A stretch of 64,000 nucleotides of DNA from Sphagnum compactum (Eukaryota), in NCBI GenBank assembly GCA_965153455.1, contig OZ234494.1, positions 8,804,001 through 8,868,000 on the forward strand, in the 5' to 3' direction. How positions within the stretch are numbered: the first letter of the stretch is position 1; each line of letters opens with the position of its first letter. The notes beneath the pieces are model-generated. The model worked only from the letters and a program-made list of their open reading frames with translations, did not search any database and was not told the origin of the DNA. The position numbers were made by a program, and so were the translations under genes. Positions 39,101 to 51,156 of the stretch are shown here, piece by piece.

Positions 39101-42100
39101 TTTGCTTTAGAGCAACATGGTGATGTTGATAGTGGGATCCATTAAAGTAGAATGCCAGGGAGTCCAAGAACATGGTCTTGTGCGTGACTTGCTATTATGC
39201 TTGAAAATGTACTAGGCATCTTAATGGGTATGATTTGTGAGATGACTGTAGAGGCTTATTTTCATTGGTCAATTTTGGGATACATTTATCATGTGGCTTA
39301 TCCTAACTACTAGGCTTGCAAGATTTAGATTCAAGTGCATGGACGAACACCAACCTTAGGAGAAATACAAAGTGGGAAAGGTGGTACTCCTAGGGTGAGC
39401 AGTGTCTCTATGGTGAGTTCTCTAGTATCTATAACATGGATGTTATGGATAGATTAGATAGGTGGTAGTGACGTTGGTAGTAAAGTATCCAAAACATATG
39501 AAGACTATGTTTTTTTTATATGAAAAGATTGCATGTGTTATGGGTCCAAAGGTTAAGCGGTCATTTTTGGGAGCATCTAGTTTTAGATTGTGGGGTATTG
39601 GTAACGAATGCATTTGTAGTAGATATGATGGCATGGAACAACAAATAAAACCAAGGTGTCACATAGTGCAAAACTTAGCTACAAAATTCCTATTTGGCCA
39701 AGTTGAGGTTGTGTAAGTTCAAAACAAGCATTCAAGGCTAAATGGTGATGTATCAGTACTAAACTCAATGCCAAAGTTAGTTGTCCATTTGTTTGAGTGG
39801 GTGGGGTATCCTAACTACCGAGTTATTGGTGAAATGTTTGGTTAAGGAGGATTGAAAGGCTATCAATATGTGATGACATACACAATACAACCATAGCATG
39901 TAGGCTCCAAGTTCCTAATTGATTTATATGTGGGCTTGTTATTAGTTTGCTAATGCTTGGACAATGGTGCATCATAATATTCTTGGAAATATTGATTGAC
40001 AAGTGCATGTGAATTAGGGTCATGGTAAGGGAGCTTTTTAGGATCTTGCCAGTAAGGTGGATTCATTGATGACATGGGTAGTTGGTGTTGATGTATAGAA
40101 GGATAAATCCATGGCATCAATGAACCAAATATAGTCATGCATCAGTAACATCCTTGTGATGTAAAAGGCACTTGCGGAGAAACTTGGTGTTGAAGTGCGA
40201 TTAAAGGGGAATGTGCAAGCAAGTTGTTAATGCAAAAAATTGACGAACAAATTAACCTCAATAGACCTTTGGCTACACACACAGTAGACAGATCTAAGGT
40301 TGTACTGGATGGTGTGTAGGATGACCAAACTATTGCCATGGATATAAGAAATCAGCAAGGTGATGTAACAATGCAAGGTAATGCCAATATTATTGTGGGT
40401 GAAGTTGTGGCCAATGAAGAGGTGGGCTATAACAAGTTGGGTATTTTGAAAGACACTCAAAAAGGTACCCAATGATCAATTGCCATAGATGTTCTAATAA
40501 TATATAGGTGAATGCACTAGATATGTGATTAAACTGTATGTGAATAATTACCCATGTGGGCATGAATTATAGGTTGGTTTGATCTGACCTAAGACCTTGG
40601 ATGTTGCAAGAAGAGAATACAAGTGCAACCATATCAACCAAAGGTCAAAATGTAGCATCAACCCAAGTTCAAGATATTGATGAAGAGGCCTATTATTTTG
40701 TGCATGAATTTTTTGGATTTTATGAATTGATCACATCTTAATTTAAGGCCAATGTGGTTGCAAGGCCCAATAGTTGGGGTAAACCCATCAACTGAAACAT
40801 AGTGCTATTGAAATAAGATTCCACTTGCATGTTAGATATTGATGTAATTCTAATTGTGGTTGCTTTGGTCAATTAAAAAATTAAAGGGCATTGTGTTATA
40901 ATTGTTTAATGCCCAAATTTATTTTGGCTAGCTTGCTATGTTGGCAATAGGGTCAACAACTAAATGTAGGTACTTCCCTTAACCATGAGAGTAGATCATC
41001 GCATCACAACGAAAGGTTGATTGGTGAATGGTAGAGATGAAATTTGAATTCTTGCAAAATATTTCACACTACTATAACAACAAATTTACATTTCACATGC
41101 CTATGTTCACTATTTTGTCTTAAGTCTCCAACAAACTTAACATTACAATTCATTCCAACATTAGATTTATGGTTATTGTATATAACCAGAATCTGCACTT
41201 CAAAATACATTGTAAAAAAACTCCAGAAACAAGATTACAATTCATTTCATCATAATTGAACACTATAAAAAATCCACACAAAAGATGAACATAGAATTCA
41301 CTGTAGAAGTCTGTGCTTTTCTGAATCCAAATTATAGCGTAATCCATGTTTTGTTGGAAAAAAATCCCAAAACAACACTTAAAATCTCTATTATATCAAA
41401 ATAGAATATGTGGTTTTTTATCGCAAATACCTCTAGCTCTTCCTATTCTTTTAAAAAAAAAAAAAACTCCAACTCCCTATCTCATCTTCTTCTCCTCCTC
41501 TTGTTCTCCAAAACTCCCCCCGTTAGAACCATCCCAGGTCACATCATAATGATCCAGAACAACAAAAATTCAAACTAACAATGTTTCCTGATTAGTCCTA
41601 TCCTAATTACCTTGTTCATCCCAAATCACATACTTAACTTACCCCCTTAATAGCGAACATTATTATTTGGTAGACATTTATGCAAGACCCAACACCTAGC
41701 TCACTACAAACAACCAAGGTGCCAAGTTCAATGGTCAAGTTCAATCCATGGCAAGCAAATGCATTGTATTGCCCTATTAATTTGTAGTTCTTGGTTACTA
41801 TTAGAGCTTGGGTAGTTTTGTTGAAGGGAGAAAATATTAAGTTTACTAGAACCTTTGGGGCAAGTGTGATTTTCTATGTTGCATGTGGTGTTTACTACAG
41901 AAGCGAAGTGGCGCTGATGTTTACCTTTGGGACCCCATTTCCAATAGAAAAGTTGCTTTTGTAACGATCCATGGGTTGCATGGTAGCAAGATTGGAGATC
42001 ATATTGTTCCCGTTGATCATGTGGCGATGCAAGTGAAGGAAGTGTTCATACTTGATGTGATAGTGCCACATAATGAGTTAATAGGAATTACAAAACTGAA

Positions 42101-43778
42101 GGAATAAAAAAGGTGTACAAAGATTTGGTCAGCCAAGTTTCTCAAACTTGCTCACCCTCAACGAAGTAACCAATGTTTTTAAACTTGGAGCACATAGATG
42201 TTTAAATTATTTTGGGATTGTTCATGCGTTTATGTACGAGGTGTCCAAAATGTGTAGAATTGGTAGTTGCACAAACATAGTTTTTTCTTCAAACTATGTT
42301 ATACTGGAAGCTAGAGTGTGTTTTTTGGTTAGCTAACATCTAAACAAGTTGGCTACCATCTAGAATATTGGGCAAACCATGCAATGGTGGTCTGGATGTC
42401 TAAACTTATGCACCTTCATGGGATGCATAATGGACTTGAATTTTGAAGTGCACTAAAGTATTTTTTGCATTTAAAATTGGACCATGATATTGTATGTTGT
42501 TTAAAATTAGTCACAGTTTACTAGTTACCTTAAACTAATAAACCCTTCATAATCATGTTATAAATAATTGCCACAGATTATGCCACATGTGAGCCCTTCC
42601 TTCCCCATTGGACACCTATATGTAATGACCCCAAAATTTGGACATGTGGCAATTACTAAAACCTTAATTGGAAAATCATGAATGTAGTTGATGTTTTAAA
42701 CCCTAACCCTAGAAGACTTCAATCGAAATATTTATAAAATTAATCAAAGCTTGCCACATGTCCCTTTAAATGGTTGCCACGTGGATGTAAAATGAAAAAT
42801 TTTCAATTCTTAATTAAAACCTCAACCCTAATGAAAATGTCCACATTGATCCAAGAATTGCCACGTGGTATCTTATAATTTGCATCCCCAAACCCTAACC
42901 CTAATCAAGAATCGCTTCATTTCCATCTGATGAATGAGATATCGCCACGTGGCATGTTTTCACACCCTAATTTTCAAACCCCAACCCTAACCCTAACCAT
43001 GTTAGTGTCGCCACATGGCTGGTTTAAAAGCTTCCACGTGGTGTTATATGATGCATTTGCAATTGCCATTTAGAACCCTAACCCTAAACTAAATGGGCCA
43101 TCCACCATCTACCACATGGCATGGTCCAATTCATTGATCCATGACCTCCAACCCTATCTGTTTATGAATGAGGCGTCACCACATGGAACATTATGATTAG
43201 TCGCCATGGAAACCTTACATGTACTCCAACCCTAACCCTAACCTAACCCTAATTTTTACTAATGGCCCTTGATGTCCCCATGTGGCATGCCACAATTTGT
43301 CAACGTGCCACTATTTAATTGGGTTATGGAAACCTTACACTGAAATGTTGCGCCATGAACTATGTTGCCATGTGAATATTGATGGTGATGACACATGTTT
43401 TATTAATATTAGCCACAAATTCCTCACATTTGGGTCATTGGTATTGCTCGAAATCAAATGACCATGCAGTTGTCCACGTGGCACATGTATAGTGGTTTAA
43501 CATTTATTTTAAATTTTATAATATATGTAATTAGACGGTTGTGTCTGATTGTTTTGTGCCATTGGATGTGGTATCTAAGATTGCATCACTTAGGACTATA
43601 GTCATGAATGTCGTAGTCACTAATTTGGTTATGACTGCAGTCACCAACAGGACTAGTGGCATTTACAATGTGGTCTTCTGGATTGCACAATCATGTAGTC
43701 ATGTTTAGTCACAAATGGCACTTGTGACTAGATTTGCAGTCCTAAATGTAGTCTTAAATACCATCTTTTGGCATTGTG
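36200..43778 (+). mobile_element. Decayed CACTA/EnSpm element (right end; left boundary uncertain)
   Basis: The right terminus ...TTTTGGCATTGTG (43778) reads CACAATGCCAAAA in reverse complement, a CACTA-like end. GACTA/TAGTC/CAGTC subterminal repeats lie at 43590-43760. 41883-42140 encodes VYLWDPISNRKVAFVTIHG...IVPVDHVAMQVKEVFILDVIVP...KIW, like the TnpA/Tnp1-type domain. Confidence 0.55.
42580..43490. repeat. Interspersed CCACGTGG and (ACCCTA)n motif array
   Basis: CCACGTGG at about 42777, 42861, 42945, 43034 and 43474, plus CCACATG variants. AACCCTAACCCTA tracts at about 42698, 42890, 42980, 43074 and 43229. Confidence 0.8.
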
Positions 43779-45185
43779 TTTACTTGAATCAATATGTCTA
43801 GCATGATACAGTGAGCATGGAATAAGTATTTAAAAAAACATTCTTTTGTTTCATGGTTTACGATATTATTGGAAAATGATGCAAATATTGTTTTCCTTCT
43901 AGGTTTTGTTAGGGTTATGCAATACCCCTCCAAATTCCAAAAGATATGTTATGGAGCCCAAAGGTTTTATGGATATTTAAAAAACCCTTCTCATAACTCG
44001 AACCAAAATAATTGAGCCCATGGTGTTTGCAAATTATCCTAATCAGGGTATTGCTTTCCTTATAGGTTTTAATATGGTCATGGAATACCCTTCCAAGTTT
44101 CAATATATATGTGATGTTTGATTTTTGATATACCTTAAGAAAAGTATTATACATGCATTGAGTAATTATGGACACAAGCAATACCCCTCCAATAGCCTAA
44201 ACCAAAATAAATCAATCCATGGTGTTTATAGAATACCTTCATGAGGGTATTGCTTTCCATGTAGGTTTGAACTTCTAATTTTTGGGGGTAAAAAAAGGTT
44301 TTTTGGTTTGAGTGGAAGACTAAAATCATTTTTTTGATAATTCATCAAGCATATGTATGAGAATATGTGAAAACGTATTTCTAACTATTAACACAAGATG
44401 GTGTAAAATGACAATAAAGTGCCTTAAATAAAAAAACATGGGTGACATGTTACAAAAATGTGCAAAAAATGCCCAAGTCCAAAACAACCCCACCATCACA
44501 ATGGTCAATATGTGGTTGCCTCATAAATAAATTGTTACCGTAACATCCTAAAGTCCAAAACGACACCCTAATCAAAATTGGAATAAACTATGGGCTATTT
44601 GTGTCTCAAGTAAAAAGGATGGGTGTGGTAATAAATTATAAGTTAAGTTCAGTATATCACTTGCATCAATATCAACATGCACTATAACATGTTCATCTTC
44701 ATTCTCTTACTCTGGCACTGAAGCAATATCTATAATTTCTTGCTCCATTATCATTTCAATAGTTTTTTGCAAATCAACCTCAATTTTAGCAACATTTGTT
44801 GCAAATGTTTCCCCAACCTTAACACCCATTTACATTTAATCCTCATTAATCTCACTCAGAGCCAATGCACCAATGCATTCAACACCTATTTCCACTTGTT
44901 ATCTTGTCTCCCCCACTTCCAAATCTCTTTTATTTGTCACACCTTCCATGTTATCTACATAGTCAATTATAACTTGTTGATCGAATATACAATTTTGTAT
45001 TTTTATTTGAGTTTGCATCTCATAAAAACATAAACAACCAAAACAAACATTTATTCTTTCATTTCTAACATTAAAAAAAACACCTAGAAGCATTTCTTTA
45101 TCCACCTACATTGAAAGAAAAGACCATAGTGTGGAGGCATTAGGAACAAAAAAGAAAAAAAATAACGAACTTTGTTGTTTCTATG

Positions 45186-46104
45186 TGTCGTAACCCTAAC
45201 ATTGGGTTCGCAATTAACTGTGGAGTGTAAAGGCCCATGAGGCCAAGAAAGTGTGTTTGGGTGTGGAACACATTTTCACAAATGGGGGAAAGTGCAAGGG
45301 ATGGAACCTAATGACTTCCAAGTGCACTCCCACTTTGGGAATTGCATTCGTGCGGGAGCCTTGAATGTTTAGAGCCTTGGTTGGAAAGGCAAACAAAAAC
45401 CAAATTGGGCCCTCGGGATACCGTTGAATTTTTTTTAAAGTGTAGATGCCTAAAGTGCTCTCACATTGTTCATTTTGACTTGATTTGCATGAGTTATGAT
45501 AAAAAAAGGGCTCGGAATCAAATTTGATTCCTGACCACAAATACCATTAGAACAGGAGTCAAATGATCTCCAATTGGGGTGTGCAATACACCGTTGAAAA
45601 GATCTTTTTAAGGGCTATAATATAGTCTCCTTGCATGCTCCAAAAAATTTTGATTTGAGGAAATTCTAAGCGTCCAAAATTTTAAGACAACAAGAGTCCC
45701 AATTTTGGGACTCCCACTTGGAAGTCTCGGGAAAAAATGCCATTTGGATGTAACCCCCATGGAGAGTCATAGAATATACTATAGTGAGGGGAGTGATGCG
45801 TCCTCCCAAAGGTTGCGGGCCCTGTAAAACTTGTGTTTAACTTGTGTTTGAAGTTGTCCCTACTAAATTTGTCGCACCATTTGCATTCAACTTGCATTAA
45901 CCACCCTCTTTCCTAGGTTGTGCAGGTTGATTTCATCTTAAACTTTTGCTTGTGAGTTTGTCCTAGTCCCATCCTGGAGCTCCAACACGCCCTTTTACCC
46001 CTGAAATGTTGTGAACTAGGGAGCGTGCCTTGACTCTCTTCTTTTTCCGTTGTTTCACTCTAGGACCCACATTTGGGTCTCTTAAGGAGTTTGGGGGTGT
46101 GTCA
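45186..46104 (+). mobile_element. Solo LTR (probably Ty3/gypsy), 919 bp
   Basis: Begins TGTCG and ends TGTCA. Perfect 5-bp TSD CTATG (45181-45185 and 46105-46109). No PBS or internal ORF adjacent. Confidence 0.9.
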
Positions 46105-46109
46105 CTATG

Positions 46110-46930
46110 GGCCATCTCTATGTATGGAGGCACTAGGAACAAAAAAAAGGAGAAAATGATCTTTGTTCGTCATCTCTCGAGAGGCATTAAAAACAAAAAG
46201 AATAGGATGACAAATTTTGTTCGTTGTCTTTCGAAAGGCGCCATGAACAAAAAATGGGAAGAGACGATGAACTTTGTTCGTCGTCTTTCGAAAGGTGCCA
46301 GGAACATAAAAAGGGAGACAACGAACAAAGTTCATTGTCTCTTGGGAGGCGCCAAGAACGAAAAAAGTGGAAGACAACAAGCAAATCTCTCAGGAGGTGC
46401 CACGAATTAAAAAACAGAAACAACAAGCAAAGCTCGTCATCTTTGTGTAGTGTGGAGGCAGCCAGGAACCAAAAACAGGGAGATGACAAGCAAAGTTCAT
46501 TGTCTTTCAAGAAGTGCCAAGAACATAAAAAAAAAGACAACAAACTCCATGTAGTGTGGAAGCAACAAGAAAAAAAACAACGAGTTCGTGTTTTCGTGAG
46601 GTGTGGAGGCAACAGGAAAACAAAAGACAATGAACTTTGCTTGTCATCTCCACTCAATGTGGAGGCAACAGGAAAAAAAAGGAGATGATGAGCTCCATGT
46701 AGTGTGGAGGCAATAGGAAAAAAAAACAATGAGCTTTGCTCATCGTCTCCATGTAATGTGGAGGCAGCATGAACAAAAAAAGACAATAGGCTTTGCTCAT
46801 TGTCTCCATGCAATGTGGAGGTAGTAGGGAGAAAAAAAGACTTATTGTCTCTCGAAAGGTGCCAAGAACAAAATAAAAGGAGGCAACGAGCAAAGCTTGT
46901 CGTCTCTGTGCAATGTGGAAGCTGTCTCCA
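46110..46930. repeat. Tandem array of ~55-bp units, each containing a palindrome; one more unit at 45130-45185
   Basis: Units read GGAGGC..AGGAAC(A)n-GAGACGAyGAAC(TTTG/AAAG)TTCGTCGTCTC. The array is split by the solo LTR. Confidence 0.8.
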
Positions 46931-47269
46931 AGAACATGATTTTTTGGATGGTGCACTGGTGGTTGCTGGTCACTCAAGCCGGTTGGATTGGGAGTTTCAT
47001 TTTCAAAATAGGACTTCTGACACAACATTCATGCCCTATGTGCATGCATCCAAGTATGACACTTAGAATGGCAACCAAGTTCAGTACTCATGTCCCAAAA
47101 AAGTCATTCCAATATCGGGTTCTTCAAACAGGAATGAACCCTTGCAAAATCTGTGAGGAACTTTCGAAACATGAAGCAACATCAAGCAAAGAACCATTTT
47201 CGCACATTTCTGGCTTATTGAGCATTTTAGTGAGGGGGTAAAATGGCAAGGTGGGGACAGTCCCAAAAT

Positions 47270-48210
47270 AAGGGGCCTAGGATGAGGCAAGAGTCAAGCT
47301 CACATGTGCATTTTGGAAATGTTCTCCATCCATAGGCGTCACCCATCTTAAAAGGCATGAGACAAACATTATCATGAACTTACTTATGTAAATCACAAGG
47401 TGTATGAGTGGACAGTTCTTACAACTACTCATTAAGAATGAGATGGATCTTACAAAAGGCCTAGGCATAATCTCCCTCCCACTCTTAAGAGTAGGTGTAG
47501 GATCTCTCCTACAATATTAATGGATATAAGGTGCCTGCCAAATACACTAGGAAATTTCTCAGAGTGCTTGTCAGTGTTATGTAAACCTAAAACCCTGTTT
47601 ACAATGTGATGGACATTATAAGAAATCAATTACCTATATCATATACATTGGCTATAGGATGACTAGATAAATCCTGAGGCCATGGGCTTTGGAATTTGGT
47701 GTATAAAGAAAGCCCTACTTAGAATTTCATTCACAGTGGTACTTGGCAGGTACCTGATGGGCATGAAAAGAAAGAAAACAAAAATTAAGGACCTAAAATT
47801 CCTGTAGTACTTGGGCAAATACCTGGTCAGTATCAGGGGAAAATGAAAAAAAAGTGTAGGGTAAAGCCCTAGGGTAAGGGCATTCTCAAAATAAGGGCTA
47901 GGACGAGGCAATAGCCAAGTCTGGCCCCGCATTTTGGGAATGCCCGCCACCCATGGGCTTTACCTATTGTAAAGCACGAGGCAAAAATTATCATGAATCA
48001 AAACAATGTAAATCACAAGGTGTATGAATGGGAGGGATTTTGTGCCTACTCCTCAATACTGGGAGAGTTCTTACACCTATAAGTATAAGTAGGCATACTT
48101 TCTCTGGCACCCCTGAGGAGTAGGCATAATATCCCTCCCAATTTCTAGGAGGGAAATTCATGGATATAGGGTGCCCTTCACATACACCACAAATTTTCTC
48201 CAAGTGCTTT
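47270..48210. repeat. Diverged ~620-bp tandem duplication
   Basis: Paired blocks CTAGGA(T/C)GAGGCAA (about 47277/47898), ATGTAAATCACAAGGTGTATGA (about 47386/48007) and TAGGCATAAT.TCCCTCCCA (about 47462/48121). Confidence 0.65.
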
Positions 48211-48278
48211 GGGGGGGGGGGGGGGTGGAGGCCGGCCTTTCCGAGTGGTCTGTTTTCGACCCAAAATGCGTAGCAAAA

Positions 48279-48374
48279 ATTGCACATGGTGGTAAGGTAG
48301 CCCCCTCCTGAAGCCCAATTGCATATGGTAAGGTGGCCCCTCTTAAAGCCTAATTGCACATGGTGAGGTGGCCC
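48279..48374. repeat. ~35-bp tandem repeat, three copies
   Basis: AATTGCA(C/T)ATGGT(A/G)AGGT(A/G)GCCC repeated three times. Confidence 0.75.
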
Positions 48375-48789
48375 TGCATAGATTTTCTTTGTGTCCAAAC
48401 ACAGAATGCTCTGTTTTCTGAGCAGGGCTTGGAGGGGGGAGGGCGGTTATTTGTCCCAGAGTATCAAAATAGGTGTTTTATAAATTGCGGACCTTGTGGA
48501 TCTGGTTCAGGCGGTTTCAGGCGAAGATGGATTTGGGAGACGAATTGGGAAGAGACACAGACAGAGGGCGGCTGGTGAAATCGGCGGACCACACGCAGGC
48601 TCGCTCTGTGTGTGTGGGACGTTCCATGCGGTGGCAGCCGAATCACGACGTGTTGACATTTTACACGCCAGCTTCCGTAAGCGCCAGCCGCCTTCTTTGC
48701 TCTTGCCGATCTTTCCTTTCCTGCTGTAATCGACGACACCAGCACCACCACGCGCCACTGTACATCAGCCTTTCTATTTCAAAGATTTT

Positions 48790-49320
48790 TTAACTTGGAA
48801 AATGAAGTGTATCTTGAGGGTTTCAATCGCCACAAATGACCCCCAAAAAGAGTAAAAATCGCCAGATTTTTCTGCTTTTGGTTTTCGGTAATTAGCCAGA
48901 AACATAGAGTGCTGATTAAAGATTTTTTTGCTTCCTATTTGGTTTACAGCCAGATTCAGCTAAATCTTCCTTGAGGTTGTCGCCAATTTTTCTACATGTT
49001 TCTATCAGGGTTTTTTTTTGGCGAAATTTCGACAAATAGTGAATTTGTTTTTCAAATTGATGAAAATCTAGTGTTTTTTGAGCTTTTAGTCGCCAAATTT
49101 TGATTTGATTTTGGCCAGTCTATCCTAAGTTCTGGTAGGTAGCCAGAAATATAGAAGGATGCTTAGAGTTGTTTTACTTTCATATTTTCTTATGGCCAAA
49201 TTTGGCTAAATCATCTTATGGATGAATCCCCACTTCCTCTACATCACAAAATTGCAAAATTAAAACCGTAGTTCCTATGGATGATCGCCACTTTGGCTAC
49301 ATTAAAAAAATCCCCCAAAG
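48790..49320 (+). repeat. Dispersed repeat (same family as 2590-2730)
   Basis: GGCTAAATC(T/A)TC..., GATGATCGCCACTTTGGCTACAT and TAGCCAGAAA motifs. Confidence 0.6.
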
Positions 49321-50505
49321 ACAAAAACACTGCTGTACAGAGTACATAGACCTACAGCAACCCTGTCTGCAGAAGTCTTGCTACTTCTTTTCATTATTCT
49401 TCGACGTGCGTTACTTACTGTTCGACCAAAGGTTGCCAGGTTTCCATCGTTTTCTGTGTCTCATGTGCGATTGATCATCTTCTCAATGTACACATACATA
49501 TCCTAGAAGCATGTGCCTGTCAAATTATACACAAATACTTTTATTTTTTCTTTCTCCCCTTGTGTAAGTAATTTATGTTTTCTGTGCAGTATTTTAAGTG
49601 TTTTCTCCATTGGGTTTTTGTATATATATATATATATTTTGGGGTTGTTGTTGTTGTTGTGTACTTCGACTGCTTCTTCTTTGTTGCCTTGCTTGGCATA
49701 AGCAGCTGCCGCACACCCCTGCTGCTGCATTAGAGCTGCTGGACGTGGACTTCCGCATGAGAATTAGCATGTGAGAGAGCACAGTGAGTGCTATAGAGAT
49801 TATCGTTTTCGATCACGAAGTAAAGTTTCCAGGCTCAAATTTCAAATGAGAGAACGGAATTGTGTGTATATACTGGATTCGTGGCCGATAAGCTGATCTA
49901 GATCTAGTGTGAAGATTCTTACATGATGCTCATGTGAATCGGACATACTTGCATGACATGTCGTGCAGCAGCAGCAGCAGCTTCTTGGAGCAGGGAATTA
50001 ATCTTTGGCGCTCGAGAATATATGTCTTTTTCTTTCCCTCCCTCATCAGCGTCCCATCAGGTGAGGCACATCGTCCCTCTTTTCCACCTCATGGGTACGT
50101 AAGGGTCTTTGCATTACTGCCAACTGGTCAGTAATTATAGACTAAACCAGAATCTACAAGGAAACAAGCTTAAACAGAGAGTCTCTCGATGCAGGAAATT
50201 AGTAAAATCGGATTCAGTGGCTTGAGATGCAGATAGGAGGGTTTATGCAGCTCCGACTCTGAAACCTTACGTAAATTGATTGATTCTCTGGCAGCGAGTA
50301 GGAAAAGAGCTAATTTGACAGTCTTGTTGTGTACTGAAAACAGATGTTTGTGCTGCAGTCTATCTTGCAGCGACGGGCAGGCAAATTGTCTGATCAGCTA
50401 GGTGCAACAATTTGGAGCCATGAGCAGCAGCTTGATTTGTTATGGTTACTGCAGGACAAGTCGGCTACAATCTTTCTAGACGCAGCAGCAGCCTAACTAA
50501 CGTTG

Positions 50506-50959
50506 ATGATCATGGGAGGAGAATCCTTGAATTACTGCAGTAGTACTATAGATGATCAAACAGCTGCTCGTTCTCATGCCATGTCGGAGCCAGCTGCTGC
50601 GGCAATTATAATGGGTAGCGAGACAGAACTGGTGAGAATTAGGGGAGCACAATTGTGCTTGATAGATGGAGAGGAGAGCGTGCTGATGCAGAAGGGTGAC
50701 TTCTGCCTGCGGTTGCTGAAACAGGAACATTCTCCACTAGCAGCCATCGTAGCGGCTGTAGGAGAAGTGCAATGGCCAGTTGGAAAAGACGCACCGGTGT
50801 TGAAAGTGTGGAACCGGCGCTACACATTTGCTCTCCCTGGTTTGGTGTATGGCCTCATCTTTCCAGCTGAAACGACTCCCCTGGAAGTTCTACAGCAGCT
50901 AGAAGCCGTCATGGATCGTTACTGCACATTCGAAGTTCATCGGGAAATAGCGATTGCAG
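50506..50959 (+). CDS. Senescence/dehydration-associated (ERD7/spartin-domain) protein, exon 1
   Basis: ELVRIRGAQLCLIDGEESVLMQKGDFCLRLLKQ...VGEVQWPVGKDAPVLKV...YTFALPGLVYGLIF matches the ERD7-family N-terminus. Donor GCAG|GTAAGC at 50959/50960 (phase 1). Start could be ATG 50506, 50512 or 50581. Confidence 0.85.
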
Positions 50960-51156
50960 GTAAGCAAACTATCTATCTTGCTGGGCGTATCCGGGTCAAT
51001 CGACTAGTCAATGTATGCAGACCTAGAATGCCGGAAACAGTTTGTTTCTTGCTGGTTGTTGTATGCAGTTGTGAATACAAAAAGTTCTCAGAAAACCCAA
51101 TCTGTGCAGATTTGGTTCTTGAGACCTACTTCTGGTTTTGTCGGATGTGATCACAG

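Noticed and set aside
42690..43255. True telomere or chromosome-fusion scar
   Set aside because: Tracts are only 2-4 units long and interspersed with other motifs inside a TE subterminal region.
46110..46930. CRISPR-like array (palindromic repeats at regular spacing)
   Set aside because: The spacers are themselves repetitive, the repeats are degenerate, no cas genes are present, and the context is eukaryotic.
46030..47066. Overlapping ORFs of 88-208 aa
   Set aside because: Low-complexity translations of the tandem array and LTR end.
48745..48760. hAT-like terminus (reverse complement CAGTGGCGCG)
   Set aside because: No partner TIR or TSD found.
50960..51150. C-terminal part of the 215-aa ORF 50503..51150
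   Set aside because: It reads through a GTAAG donor into the intron; family similarity resumes in the other frame at 51157.
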